DNA of 37,456 bases from Ruminococcus sp. (GTDB taxonomy: Bacteria > Bacillota > Clostridia > Oscillospirales > Ruminococcaceae). The position numbers were made by a program, and so were the translations under genes. Location: the NCBI GenBank assembly GCA_045580565.1, contig JAZNOB010000033.1, positions 1-37,456 on the forward strand, in the 5' to 3' direction. Within the stretch, counting starts at the first letter, position 1; each line of letters opens with the position of its first letter. The notes under the pieces are model-generated. The model ran no database searches. It was given only the letters and a program-made list of their open reading frames with translations, and had not been told where the DNA came from. Shown here in pieces: positions 26,201-35,893 of the stretch.

Positions 26201-26884
26201 TACCTCCAGCTGCTTCTGCTCCTCTGCAAGAACGAGGAATTTTTTCGCCTTTTCCGATTGCACACGCAGCGGCTCGACTCTGCCCTCCAGCTCTGAGGCT
26301 ATATCACGGAGTCTTGAAAGGTTCTCCTCTGCGTGAGTAAGCTTCCGCTGAGCGTCCTCCTTCTTATAACGGAATTTGGAAACTCCGGCAGCCTCCTCGA
26401 AAATATCACGCCGGTCGGAGCTTTTTGCGCTGACTATCTCGGCGATACGTCCCTGTCCTATGATAGAGTAGCCGTCTCTGCCCATGCCTGTATCCATAAA
26501 CAGCTCGTTTACATCACGCAGACGTACACTTTTGCCGTTTATACGGTATTCGCTTTCACCGCTTCGGTAGAGCTTTCGTGTAACGCTCACCTCTTCGCCG
26601 TATTCCTCGCCGAGAATACCGGAGCTGTTGTCTATATTCAGCGTAACTGCCGCAAAGCTTGTAGGCTTCCGCTGCTTGGTACCGGAAAAAATAACATCCT
26701 CCATCTTGTTGCCTCGCAGTGTCTTGGTGGACTGCTCGCCCAGTACCCATCTCACTGCGTCGCCGATATTACTCTTTCCGCTGCCGTTCGGACCTACTAC
26801 CGCCGTCAGACCTGCGTCAAAATTAAGCTTTATCTTATCCGGAAAGGACTTAAAGCCCTGAAGTTCAAGTGATTTTAAATACAT
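23300..26884 (-). CDS. smc: Chromosome segregation protein SMC
   Basis: GPNGSGKSN, coiled coils, hinge GRATF, LSGGE, LDEIDAALD. Confidence 0.97.
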   Translation of the reverse strand: MYLKSLELQGFKSFPDKIKLNFDAGLTAVVGPNGSGKSNIGDAVRWVLGEQSTKTLRGNKMEDVIFSGTKQRKPTSFAAVTLNIDNSSGILGEEYGEEVSVTRKLYRSGESEYRINGKSVRLRDVNELFMDTGMGRDGYSIIGQGRIAEIVSAKSSDRRDIFEEAAGVSKFRYKKEDAQRKLTHAEENLSRLRDIASELEGRVEPLRVQSEKAKKFLVLAEEQKQLEVSLWVQQSDALRKKLQSLSDELLLAQAEYENIQRDLEAAEEQVQDGYRTLQESTLKIEELREKIRKAEEETAQLTAALAVCENDVQHALQRSGGLEAQAKELSGQSESTGKYLAELQAREEKLHQQQISLRVETEQVQRDFEKLEGKAAGLSEGFDETSRLLQELYVKQGQYRVQREALVRQQEEYSAQLTGSTMRMAAIAQEYETQTVETQKWNDVLSETENRLSELRKSSEEHQKLCGDALRQADALRAERNQIAFSIREKQQRQKLLTDMEQNMEGFAGSVKAVLRADGGRPSGVHGTVAQCIEADSRCGVAIETALGGAMQNLIVDDEASAKKWIRFLAQHRAGRATFLPVTSVKGRTLQEHGLENEPGFVDYACKLVRYEPVHEGIVQSLLGRIAVAENLDYASDIAKKYGYRFRIVTLDGQVINAGGSFTGGSAQKSGGMITRKTEISALKQTIDALRVREQENAEKLAKAEAETAEMQAAVEELRRKCAQAESEYMQAKAECDKEQYLLKQIDARKNELIAEQQELQNKNKQAKEEYTALTAALADADNEIRDTQSRIAETQGMRDSLREEQNTLAEKRAQMRIQTASLEKDIDALQRELDSAEEQKKNARERAVQIRNELAETYKLIADKKQEAENAKARLRVLEEIKQNASQDMTHWKTVHDTQEKHIRQVQEGMKATNEAKEKYAGTVTRLEERRISVQNEYDSIIHRLLEQYEMTRTEAMEMAKPLEDLAAAQRELASLKGRIRALGSVNVAAIEEYEEVSERWKFLTAQMKDAEKAKAELETLIEELTEEMQKIFSESFAEINRNFKSIFRDLFGGGEANLTLTDPENVLESGIEIHVAPPGKVIKNLISLSGGEQSFVAIAIYFAILRLRPSPFCILDEIDAALDEGNVRRYAQYLHNFTKTTQFILVTHRRSAMEEAKVLYGVTMQENGVSRLLRMEQDEFEAETSNAGNTGT

Positions 26885-27947
26885 CGTACACTTCCTCTCC
26901 GATTGATTTTACTGTGCCCGTTCCATCGGATATGCAAAGGCTTAGCCTTATTATTCCATCTGAAAAGCTGCGGTTCTCTGATATCCTCATTCTTACATCA
27001 AATGCTTTTCTGTTGGCTTTTCCGTGACCTGCCGCAAGTCCCGCTCTGCCTGTTTTTACCTCTGCAAGAACATAAGTACCCTTTCCTGCATTTTCCGACA
27101 GAATATCCTTATTTTGTTCTGCCCATTTCTTCATTGCATTCAGATAAAGTCTTGACTGCACAAGCTCTCTCAGTGCCGGATGATAGAATCCGCTGAGGAT
27201 ACGGCTTTCCATATCCCTTTCCGCATGAAGTCCGAGTCTTATGAGGCTGATATTTTCTTTTCTCAGGCGGCATACTGCCTTTGCTGTGAAGCTGAGCATA
27301 TCATCCCATGAGGGCAGACTATAGCTGCCGCTTTTATAAAGCTCACCGAGGTGCGTCCCTTCAAGGACTACCGTAGGATAGATGCGCATGGTGTCCGGTT
27401 TCAGTCTTATACATTCAGACAGAGTATATTCCTCGTCCTCTGCGAAGCTGCCATAAAGCCCGTACATCATCTGAAGTCCCAGCGAAAAGCCGTGAGCCTT
27501 TATACGCTCCGACGCTTCTCTTACATCCTGAGAGCTGTGTCCTCGACGGTTCATAGTGAGAACCCTGTCCGACATACTCTGTGCGCCAAGCTCGATTGCA
27601 GTAACACCATACTTTTTTAGAATATTCAGAATATCCTCCGGTACAGCGTCCGGTCTTGTGGAAATGCGCACACCGGAAAAGCCGTTCTCACCTAAAAACG
27701 GCTGCACCGCTTCAAGGTAGGCAAGCATCTGAGCTTCCGGAATTGCCGTGAAGCTTCCGCCGAAAAAGGCTATCTCAGAATTTCTGCCGTCAATACCTCC
27801 TGCAAGACTTTCCATACACTGAGCAGCAATATCCTCAGGCGCAGGCGGCTTTGTCTCGCCGCTTATTGACCTCTGGTCGCAGAAGCTGCACATATTGGGG
27901 CAGCCCATATGAGGAATGAAAAATGCTAAATTACAGTGCTTCTTCAT
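26865..27947 (-). CDS. Radical SAM protein (Elp3-like family found between rnc and smc)
   Basis: CPNMCSFC, FFGGSFT, STRPD, ELGAQS, RIYPT. Confidence 0.88.
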   Translation of the reverse strand: MKKHCNLAFFIPHMGCPNMCSFCDQRSISGETKPPAPEDIAAQCMESLAGGIDGRNSEIAFFGGSFTAIPEAQMLAYLEAVQPFLGENGFSGVRISTRPDAVPEDILNILKKYGVTAIELGAQSMSDRVLTMNRRGHSSQDVREASERIKAHGFSLGLQMMYGLYGSFAEDEEYTLSECIRLKPDTMRIYPTVVLEGTHLGELYKSGSYSLPSWDDMLSFTAKAVCRLRKENISLIRLGLHAERDMESRILSGFYHPALRELVQSRLYLNAMKKWAEQNKDILSENAGKGTYVLAEVKTGRAGLAAGHGKANRKAFDVRMRISENRSFSDGIIRLSLCISDGTGTVKSIGEEVYDVFKIT

Positions 27948-28641
27948 AGCCCATAAGCATAAGTGCTTCCTTGGCAGCCATCTGTTCAGCTGACTTCTTG
28001 CTCTTGCCTGTGCCTGTGCCTATGACATTTGAGTTAAGACAGACATTCACTGTAAATGCCTTGTCATGGTCGGGACCAGTTTCGCCGGCAAGAACGTATT
28101 CAACCTTTTCCTCTGGATTCTTCTGGATTATCTCCTGAAGGACCGTCTTGTAGTCCCTGAAATTAAGCTTGCCGCTTTTTTCTGCGTGCTTCGGTATAAA
28201 GCGCAGCACGTGCTTCTTCGCCGGCTCCATGCCGCCGTCCAGATATATGGCAGCAATTACTGCCTCAAATGCGTCTGCCAGAATAGAGGATCGATTTCTG
28301 CCGCCTGTATTCTCCTCGCCCTTTCCAAGAAGCAGAAATTCGCCAAGGTGTATCTCCTTTGCAAAAACATGGAGAGCCTTTTCGCATACAAGTGAAGCTC
28401 GCAGCTTAGTAAGCTCACCCTCAGGCATTTCCTCATAGTGAGTGAACAGGTATTCAGATACTATGATCGACAGCACACTGTCGCCCAGAAATTCCAGACG
28501 CTCGTTGCTGCAGCGGCACTTCTTCTTCTCGTTTGCATATGATGAATGGGACAGAGCTTCTGTCAGAAGCTCCTGATCCCTGAAATGATAACCGATATAT
28601 TCCTCAAAACGATTCAGTTCTTCATTTACTGTACGTTCCAT
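27931..28641 (-). CDS. rnc: Ribonuclease III
   Basis: NERLEFLGDSVL signature, DAFEA, C-terminal dsRBD. Confidence 0.97.
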   Translation of the reverse strand: MERTVNEELNRFEEYIGYHFRDQELLTEALSHSSYANEKKKCRCSNERLEFLGDSVLSIIVSEYLFTHYEEMPEGELTKLRASLVCEKALHVFAKEIHLGEFLLLGKGEENTGGRNRSSILADAFEAVIAAIYLDGGMEPAKKHVLRFIPKHAEKSGKLNFRDYKTVLQEIIQKNPEEKVEYVLAGETGPDHDKAFTVNVCLNSNVIGTGTGKSKKSAEQMAAKEALMLMGYEEAL

Positions 28642-28647
28642 GGTTCA

Positions 28648-29643
28648 TCATCCTTTCTGCATACTGCACACTGTATCTGCAATCGCACCAACCATATTGC
28701 CATTTACGCAGTCTTTAGCCTGACGTATCGCATTGAAGAACGCTCTTGCGTCGGAGCTTCCGTGAGCCTTGATAACTGGCTTTGACGCACCCATCATAAG
28801 CGCACCGCCTGTTGCCTTGTAGTCAAGCTTTGTGGTAATGCCCTTTATCTTCTTCAATACAAGAAGTGCAGCAAGCTTTCCTGCACCTGCAAATATATTG
28901 TCCTTCAGCTGAACCTTCATGAATCTGCCCATGCCCTCGTAGAGCTTCAGGGCTACGTTTCCGGTAAAGCCGTCTGCTACTACTACGTCAACTGTACCCT
29001 CCGGCAGTTCTCTTGCTTCGATATTTCCGCAGAAGTTTACGGGTGTATTCTGAAGCAGCTTGTACGCTTCAAGCTCAAGCTCTCTGCCCTTCGTTTCCTC
29101 TGTGCCTACATTGAGGAGCTTTACTCTGGGATTCGGGACGCCCATAACCTTTTCCATATATGCGCTGCCCATGATCGCAAACTGCTGGAGCATTTCCGGA
29201 CGGCAGTCATTATTGGCGCCGCCGTCAAGAAGCAGGAAAGGCTTGTCTCCTGTGGGCATTACCGGTGCAAGTGCTACTCTCTTTATGCCCTTGATACGCT
29301 TTACTATAAAGGTAGAGCCTACTACCAGTGCACCGCTGCTGCCTGCTGATACGAATGCGTCGCCATTGCCGTCGCTGAGTGCCTGCATACCGACTGCCAT
29401 AGAGCTGTTCTTATGCTCCTTGATAAGAGAAACCGGCTCATAGTGAATGTCAAAAATGTCATCTGCATGGAGAATATCTATACCGTCAAGTGAAAGACCG
29501 TTTTCCTCAGCGCACTTCTTTATAAGCTTCTCATTGCCTGCAAGAGTTATATTCACCTGAAGCTCACGTACAGCCTGTACACTGCCCTTTATAACCTCCA
29601 GCGGCGCATTGTCTCCGCCGAATGCGTCTACTATAATATTCAT
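28648..29643 (-). CDS. plsX: Phosphate acyltransferase PlsX
   Basis: DAFGGDNAP, LDGGAN, DGFTGNVALK, KAHGSS. Confidence 0.96.
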   Translation of the reverse strand: MNIIVDAFGGDNAPLEVIKGSVQAVRELQVNITLAGNEKLIKKCAEENGLSLDGIDILHADDIFDIHYEPVSLIKEHKNSSMAVGMQALSDGNGDAFVSAGSSGALVVGSTFIVKRIKGIKRVALAPVMPTGDKPFLLLDGGANNDCRPEMLQQFAIMGSAYMEKVMGVPNPRVKLLNVGTEETKGRELELEAYKLLQNTPVNFCGNIEARELPEGTVDVVVADGFTGNVALKLYEGMGRFMKVQLKDNIFAGAGKLAALLVLKKIKGITTKLDYKATGGALMMGASKPVIKAHGSSDARAFFNAIRQAKDCVNGNMVGAIADTVCSMQKG

Positions 29644-29650
29644 CTTTATA

Positions 29651-30970
29651 TCATCCCTCCTGTGATGTCAGGTAGTTTTCAAGTGACTGCAAAGCTCTGT
29701 CTGCATACGCCTGATATTTAAGCTTCTTGTCACGTATTCTTTCCGGAAGCTCCGGAAGAATACCCATATTACAGCCCATAGGCTGAAAGTCCTTTACGCT
29801 TTCGTCGCTGATATATGCAGAAAGCGCACCCATCATTGTATCTCTCGGCAGAATAAGCGGCGTCTTTCCTGCAAGCCTTCTCGCCATGTTAGTACCAGCA
29901 AGGATTCCGCTTGCCGCAGATTCAATGTAACCCTCAACGCCTGTTATCTGTCCTGCAAAGAAGGTAAGCGGTTCTGTACGCAGTGAATAGTCAGCGTTCA
30001 GAAGTCTCGGGCTGTCAAGGAATGAATTGCGGTGCATAACTCCGTAACGCATGAAATCAGCGTTTGCAAGACCCGGTATCATTGAGAATACTCTCTTCTG
30101 CTCAGGGAACTTCAGATTTGTCTGGAAGCCTACCAGATTGAAAAGGCTGCCCTCGCTGTTCTCTCTTCTCAGCTGAACTACTGCATAGGGTCTGCGTCCG
30201 GTTCTGGGATCTGTAAGACCTACAGGCTTCAGAGGTCCGAAGCGCATCGTGTCCTCGCCTCTTGAAGCAAGCACCTCGATAGGCATACAGCCTTCATACA
30301 CACGGAATATCTCCTTGTCAAATTCACTCAGCGGCGCACGCTCTGCATTTGTAAGGGCTTCGTAGAATGCAAGGTATTCCTCCTTGCTCATGGGACAGTT
30401 TATATAGTCAGCGTCTCCTCTGTCATAGCGTGAAGCGTAGAATACTATATCCTTGTCAAGACTGTCATATGTGACAATAGGTGCAGCTGCGTCAAAAAAG
30501 CTGAGACGGCTGCCGCACTTTTCCTCAATACTCTTAGCAAGGCTGTCTGCTGTAAGAGGACCGCTTGCGATGATGACCGGAGACTCAGGGATCTCATGAA
30601 CCTCCTCAGTGCACACAGTTATAAGCGGATGTGAGGTTATCTTCTCTGTTACCATATCAGAGAATTTTTCTCTGTCTACGGCTAAAGCGCCGCCTGCTGC
30701 TACTGAAACCTCTCTTGCACAAGGTATGAGAAGCGAACCCATACGCTCCATTTCTGCTTTCAGAAGTCCAGCAGCAGAAGCAAGTCTGTCTGCTTTAAGG
30801 GAATTTGAGCATACAAGCTCAGAAAGTCCCTTGTAATGATGAGCCGGAGTGTATTTCAGCGGCTTCATCTCATATATAGTTACCGGATGTCCTGCCTCTG
30901 CCAGCTGCCATGCAGCTTCGCATCCGGCAAGACCGCCGCCGATAACAGTAACTCTCTGTTTATTTTCCAT
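29651..30970 (-). CDS. trmFO: tRNA m5U54 methyltransferase TrmFO (Gid)
   Basis: GGGLAGCEAA, ELVCSNS, EGCMP, GFQTNL, AGQITGVEGY; start set at ATG 30970 after GGAG. Confidence 0.96.
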   Translation of the reverse strand: MENKQRVTVIGGGLAGCEAAWQLAEAGHPVTIYEMKPLKYTPAHHYKGLSELVCSNSLKADRLASAAGLLKAEMERMGSLLIPCAREVSVAAGGALAVDREKFSDMVTEKITSHPLITVCTEEVHEIPESPVIIASGPLTADSLAKSIEEKCGSRLSFFDAAAPIVTYDSLDKDIVFYASRYDRGDADYINCPMSKEEYLAFYEALTNAERAPLSEFDKEIFRVYEGCMPIEVLASRGEDTMRFGPLKPVGLTDPRTGRRPYAVVQLRRENSEGSLFNLVGFQTNLKFPEQKRVFSMIPGLANADFMRYGVMHRNSFLDSPRLLNADYSLRTEPLTFFAGQITGVEGYIESAASGILAGTNMARRLAGKTPLILPRDTMMGALSAYISDESVKDFQPMGCNMGILPELPERIRDKKLKYQAYADRALQSLENYLTSQEG

Positions 30971-30971
30971 A

Positions 30972-33065
30972 TTATTCTCCGTCATTCATAGGTCTGTCGT
31001 ATCCGCAGCCCTGCTTCTCACATATCTTACGTCCGGACTTGCCGCCCTTCTGGAACAGCGTTGAACCGCACTGTGGACACTTTTCCTCCAGCGGCACATT
31101 CCATGTCATAAAGTCGCATTCCGGATACTGAGCGCAGCCGTAGAAGCTTCTGCCTCTCTTTGACTTCTTGAGAATTATCTTTCCTCCACACTTAGGACAG
31201 CTGCCGGGAGTTTCCTGTACTATCTTCTTTGTATTGGTGCATTCGGGGAAGCCGGGACAAGCAAGGAATCTGCCGAATCTGCCGATCTTGATAACCATAT
31301 TCTTTCCGCAGACATCGCAGATAACGTCTGTCTCCTCGTCCGGAACCTTGACTCTCTTGCCCTCCATCTTTTCCTCAGCCTCGGAAAGAGTTTTAGCAAA
31401 GTCACCGTAGAACTCCTCCAGCGCACTTACCCAGTCACGCTGTCCCTGTTCAACCTCGTCAAGGTCGCTTTCCATTTTTGCTGTAAAGGCAGCGTCAACT
31501 ATATTCTGGAAATGCTCCTTCATAAGCTCGGTAGTAACCTCGCCCAGAACCGTAGGCTTCAGAGTCTTACCCTCACGCTCAACATACAGACGGGATGTGA
31601 TAGTAGTAATAGTAGGAGCATAGGTACTTGGTCTGCCGATACCGTTTTCCTCAAGAGTCTTGATAAGGGACGCTTCTGTAAATCTTGCGGGAGGCTGTGT
31701 AAAGTGCTGGTTGCCCTCAAGAGAGCGAACCTTCAGCACATCGCCTTCTGCAAGCTCAGGCAGGTTCTTATTCTCGCCCTTTGCGTCCTTGGACTCCTCG
31801 TAAAGTGCAGTAAAGCCGTCAAAGCGTACAGTACTGCCGCTTGCCTTGAAAAGGCAGCTGTCTGCTGTGATATCAACAGAAACTGTATCAAGGGATGCGT
31901 CTGCCATCTGGCTTGCTATAAATCTCTCCCAGATAAGCTTATACAGCTTGAACTGGTCGGAGCTGAGACTGCTTTTGAGTCTCGCCGGAGTAAGGGACGG
32001 CATAGAGGGTCTGATCGCCTCATGAGCGTCCTGAGCATTCTTTTTGGACTTATATACACGAGGCTCCGGCGGAAGGTAATCCTCACCATATGTCTCTCTG
32101 ATATAATCATTAGCCGCAGCTCTTGCTTCATCCGAAATACGCAGGCTGTCTGTTCTCATATAGGTAATAAGACCCATTGCGCCCATTCCGTCAACCTCGA
32201 CGCCTTCGTAAAGCTCCTGTGCCACCTTCATAGTACGCTTGGACTGGAAGCCCAGACGATATGATGCGTCCTGCTGGAGTGTGGATGTAATAAAAGGAGC
32301 TGCCGGATGCTTCTTGGTAATGCGCTTCTTCACCTTTGTAACGGTAAACTGTGCACCCTCAAGTCTTGCAAGAAGTGCGTCAGCCTCTTCCTTTGTGCCG
32401 ATCTCAGTCTTGTCAACACGCTTGCCGTCAACAGCAGTCAGCTTTGCGGAGAACACTCTCCTTGAAGAAGCTGCGGAAAGCTTAGCGTCAACTGACCAGT
32501 ATTCCTGCGGCACGAATGCCTTTATCTCATTTTCACGGTCAACAACAAGACGTACAGCTACAGACTGCACACGTCCTGCGGAAAGTCCTCGTCTTACCTT
32601 TTTCCACAGGAAAGGACTGAGCTTGTAGCCCACGATTCTGTCAACGATTCGCCTTGCCTGCTGCGCATTGACAAGATCAACGTCGATTTTGTGGGGATTT
32701 TCCATACCATGAGAAATACCTGTTTTTGTGATCTCATTGAATTCAACTCTGTTGTTGTCCTCCATGTCAAGACCAAGCATATGGGCGATATGCCATGAGA
32801 TCGCCTCACCCTCACGGTCAGGGTCAGTTGCGAGATATACACGGTCGCATTTTTTTGCCCGTGATTTCAGCTGCTTTATAACGTCCTCCTTGCCCTTCAT
32901 GTCAGTGTACTGAGGAGTGAAGCCATTCTCTATGTCAACACCCAGCTTTGACTTGGGAAGGTCACGGACATGACCCATAGATGCAATTACATCATAATCC
33001 TTGCCCAGATATTTCTGTATTGTTTTCGCCTTTGCCGGCGACTCTACTATTACAAGATTTGCCAT
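30972..33065 (-). CDS. topA: DNA topoisomerase I
   Basis: VESPAKAK, DPDREGE, SAGRVQS, ITYMRTD, C-terminal zinc ribbons. Confidence 0.97.
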   Translation of the reverse strand: MANLVIVESPAKAKTIQKYLGKDYDVIASMGHVRDLPKSKLGVDIENGFTPQYTDMKGKEDVIKQLKSRAKKCDRVYLATDPDREGEAISWHIAHMLGLDMEDNNRVEFNEITKTGISHGMENPHKIDVDLVNAQQARRIVDRIVGYKLSPFLWKKVRRGLSAGRVQSVAVRLVVDRENEIKAFVPQEYWSVDAKLSAASSRRVFSAKLTAVDGKRVDKTEIGTKEEADALLARLEGAQFTVTKVKKRITKKHPAAPFITSTLQQDASYRLGFQSKRTMKVAQELYEGVEVDGMGAMGLITYMRTDSLRISDEARAAANDYIRETYGEDYLPPEPRVYKSKKNAQDAHEAIRPSMPSLTPARLKSSLSSDQFKLYKLIWERFIASQMADASLDTVSVDITADSCLFKASGSTVRFDGFTALYEESKDAKGENKNLPELAEGDVLKVRSLEGNQHFTQPPARFTEASLIKTLEENGIGRPSTYAPTITTITSRLYVEREGKTLKPTVLGEVTTELMKEHFQNIVDAAFTAKMESDLDEVEQGQRDWVSALEEFYGDFAKTLSEAEEKMEGKRVKVPDEETDVICDVCGKNMVIKIGRFGRFLACPGFPECTNTKKIVQETPGSCPKCGGKIILKKSKRGRSFYGCAQYPECDFMTWNVPLEEKCPQCGSTLFQKGGKSGRKICEKQGCGYDRPMNDGE

Positions 33066-33103
33066 ATATCAACCTGCTCTGATTTCTCAGAGCCGACTCC
33101 TTT

Positions 33104-34390
33104 CTAAAGGATACCGTAGCACTGTCCGGAAAAACGTGTGATATAGCCGCTTATTGACAGCTCCGTAAGAGCCGACGCCGCCTCGTCTTCATCCACCTCA
33201 AGGCGTTCTACTATTGCGTCTATATGCATCTGGTGCTCCTGCGACAGGAGAACCGCTATTCTCAGCTCAAGTCCGTCAAGTCCTGAAAAGTCCTTCACTT
33301 CCCGCTTTTCTGAGACCTCCTCATGCTGTTTTTCCTCTGATGTGCCTTCAGCTTCCTCATCTGTTTTCTCATCCGCAGCTTCAATCTCAGCCTTTTTTCT
33401 GTCTTTTGAGACTGTCCTGCTTCTGGTGCCGCTTTCGCTGCTTTCCGGAAATACCGAAGATTCATCTGCACTGTGCGACATATCGAAAAGCACAGACGGC
33501 TTTAGTTTATGTGCATAGTCAGTGTAGTATACATTTATAATATCAAGATAGCTGAATACCGGAATCGCACCGTCACGGAGATATTTTACCACACCTGCAT
33601 ACCTGTTGTCAAATAAATCCGCAGGCGGAATGCAGAAAACACTCTTGCCCTGTTCAAGAGCAAGGGATGCTGTAATAAGAGCGCCGCTTCGCTCCGATGC
33701 CTCAACCACAAGTGTTCCCAGACTTATAGCGGACATTATCCTGTTTCTCGCAGGGAAATTTCTGGGAAGCGGCTCTGTGCCCGGAAGAAATTCTGTCAGC
33801 AGCAGACCGTTGTTTACGATATACTTCTTTGCAGACGCATTATTTCTGGGATAATCAACATCTATGCCGCAGCCGAGGACTGCAACAGTCCTGCCCTTTG
33901 AAAGAAGCGCTGCTCTGTGAGCCGCTGAATCTATTCCTATAGCGAATCCGCTTACTATGACGACGCCTGTTTTGGCAAGGTCACTGCATATCCTGTCCGC
34001 AACACGGACGCTGTACTCAGTGGGCTTTCTTGTTCCTACTACAGTAACCGCAGCGTATCTTGATAATATGTCAATATCGCCCTGATAAAATAGTACTACA
34101 GGAGCGTTATGAATATGCCTGAGCTGCTCAGGATAGCTTTCGTGGTCGTAATATGTAATGGATATATTTTTCGTTTCGCAGAGAGTGATGATCTTCTTTG
34201 CGTGTTCAAGAGTATTGTTGGCAGCATTGCGCTTCTGGTTTTCATTAAGGTGAAACCGCTGCCGCTGAGAGGGATCCTTGAGAATATCATATGCACGTTC
34301 CGGTGTTTTTGTAACATGGATAATATCCCATATCTTAGGATTGCCTGCACCCATCACCAGCACAAGCCACAACCAGTATTCAAGCTTCAT
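33104..34390 (-). CDS. dprA: DNA-processing protein DprA
   Basis: VGTR, SGFAIGID, FPARNRI, SGALITA, C-terminal winged helix; upstream of topA. Confidence 0.94.
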   Translation of the reverse strand: MKLEYWLWLVLVMGAGNPKIWDIIHVTKTPERAYDILKDPSQRQRFHLNENQKRNAANNTLEHAKKIITLCETKNISITYYDHESYPEQLRHIHNAPVVLFYQGDIDILSRYAAVTVVGTRKPTEYSVRVADRICSDLAKTGVVIVSGFAIGIDSAAHRAALLSKGRTVAVLGCGIDVDYPRNNASAKKYIVNNGLLLTEFLPGTEPLPRNFPARNRIMSAISLGTLVVEASERSGALITASLALEQGKSVFCIPPADLFDNRYAGVVKYLRDGAIPVFSYLDIINVYYTDYAHKLKPSVLFDMSHSADESSVFPESSESGTRSRTVSKDRKKAEIEAADEKTDEEAEGTSEEKQHEEVSEKREVKDFSGLDGLELRIAVLLSQEHQMHIDAIVERLEVDEDEAASALTELSISGYITRFSGQCYGIL

Positions 34391-35202
34391 TTTCTGTCAC
34401 TGCCTTTCGTCATTTCCCACATGAGAATACCAGCCGCCATTGCAGCATTAAGAGATTCTATATTTCCGTGCATGGGTATAGTGATGCGCCTATGGCACCT
34501 GTCGGATATCTCATCAGGCAGACCGTTGCCCTCATTGCCGATCCACACAGCTCTGCCGTTCTCAGGATAGGAACAGCTTCCAGCCGTAACAGCATCGCCT
34601 CTCACTACAGCTGCGTCGCTTTCTATACCGGCTCCGGAAAGCTCTCTGAATATTTCGTCCACATCAGAGCATACCGCAACCGGCACTCGGAATAATGAGC
34701 CCATTGTTGCACGAACGACCTTCGGGCTGTATATATCGCAGCTCCTTGAAAAAATGACACCGTCAACTCCAAGAGCGTCAGCTGTTCTAAGGATCATACC
34801 GGCATTGCCAGGATCCTGAAGCTGGTAAAGAACTGCATATACGCCGTCTTTTTTTACAAATTCGCAAAGGGGCTTTTCCTTAGGCAGACTGCACACAGCA
34901 AACACGCCCTGAGTAGCCTCAGTCTCAGCCATATGTCTTCCAAGCTCATCAGATATCCGGTATATGCGGCATTTCTCATCAGCCATACCGCACAGCTCAT
35001 CGCCGTACTTTACATCAGCACCGGCTGTTATAAACAGCTTTGTTACAGCTGCACCATTAGCCAGAGCGTCTGACACAAGTCTGTATCCCTCAAGCACAAA
35101 TGCCCTTTCATCGGTTCTTGCCTTCTTGCTTCCAGCCAGCTTTTTATAAAGCTTTACTGCAGGATTGTCCTTTGCAGTAAGCTCCTGATACACCCTGCCC
35201 AT
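34387..35202 (-). CDS. TrmH/SpoU family RNA methyltransferase
   Basis: QDPGNAGMILRTA, GNEGNGL, ESLNAAMA. Confidence 0.93.
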   Translation of the reverse strand: MGRVYQELTAKDNPAVKLYKKLAGSKKARTDERAFVLEGYRLVSDALANGAAVTKLFITAGADVKYGDELCGMADEKCRIYRISDELGRHMAETEATQGVFAVCSLPKEKPLCEFVKKDGVYAVLYQLQDPGNAGMILRTADALGVDGVIFSRSCDIYSPKVVRATMGSLFRVPVAVCSDVDEIFRELSGAGIESDAAVVRGDAVTAGSCSYPENGRAVWIGNEGNGLPDEISDRCHRRITIPMHGNIESLNAAMAAGILMWEMTKGSDRK

Positions 35203-35220
35203 ACAGAGGTCCTCCTTTAT

Positions 35221-35254
35221 AACAAAACACGCTCCGTTATTAGCAGAGCGTGTT
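35221..35254 (-). terminator. Intrinsic terminator after rplT
   Basis: AACACGCTC-loop-GAGCGTGTT followed by TTGTT. Confidence 0.7.
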
Positions 35255-35265
35255 CAGATTACTTT

Positions 35266-35619
35266 TTACAGAGCTGCCTTTGCCTTCTCAACGATTGCAG
35301 TGAAACCTGCAGGATCAGTGATTGCGATTTCAGACAGCATCTTTCTGTTCAGTTCGATGCCAGCCTTCTTGCAGCCGTTCATAAATGTAGAATAGTTCAT
35401 GCCATTCATCTTGCAAGCAGCAGAGATTCTTGTGATCCAGAGCTGTCTGAACTCTCTCTTCTTCTGCTTTCTGCCAACATAAGCATAGTTGCCGGACTTC
35501 ATAACGGCCTGCTTAGCCATCTTGAAGTGCTTGCTCTTGCTGCCCCAGTAACCCTTAGCCAGCTTCAGTGTCTTATTTCTTCTCTTACGAGTCATCATTG
35601 CACCCTTAACACGTGCCAT
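35266..35619 (-). CDS. rplT: 50S ribosomal protein bL20
   Basis: MARVK...AKGY...FRQLWITRI...[10 protein letters not shown]. Confidence 0.98.
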   Translation of the reverse strand: MARVKGAMMTRKRRNKTLKLAKGYWGSKSKHFKMAKQAVMKSGNYAYVGRKQKKREFRQLWITRISAACKMNGMNYSTFMNGCKKAGIELNRKMLSEIAITDPAGFTAIVEKAKAAL

Positions 35620-35674
35620 AATCTTCTACCTCCGATTTTTCTGTTATTTGTTTTCCTTAATGCGCTTTCTCAGA

Positions 35675-35878
35675 TTAGAGATACGGCAGCAGCTTCTTCA
35701 GTGCCGGTGCATTTGTAACATCAGCTACACCTGCAGTTCCAGCGATTGTCTTACGCTTTGTGTCCTTCTGTGTCAGTCTGTGTCTCTTGTTTGTCTTCTG
35801 ATACTTCAGTTTGCCGGAACCTGTCAGCTTAAAACGCTTCTTTGCACCAGAATGTGTCTTTGTCTTAACCTTTGCCAT
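35675..35878 (-). CDS. rpmI: 50S ribosomal protein bL35
   Basis: [17 protein letters not shown]...KKLLPY. Confidence 0.97.
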   Translation of the reverse strand: MAKVKTKTHSGAKKRFKLTGSGKLKYQKTNKRHRLTQKDTKRKTIAGTAGVADVTNAPALKKLLPYL

Positions 35879-35893
35879 TGATATATCCTCCTT

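Noticed and set aside
33104-34390. Natural competence locus
   Set aside because: dprA-topA-trmFO is a common housekeeping arrangement and no com genes are present in the window.
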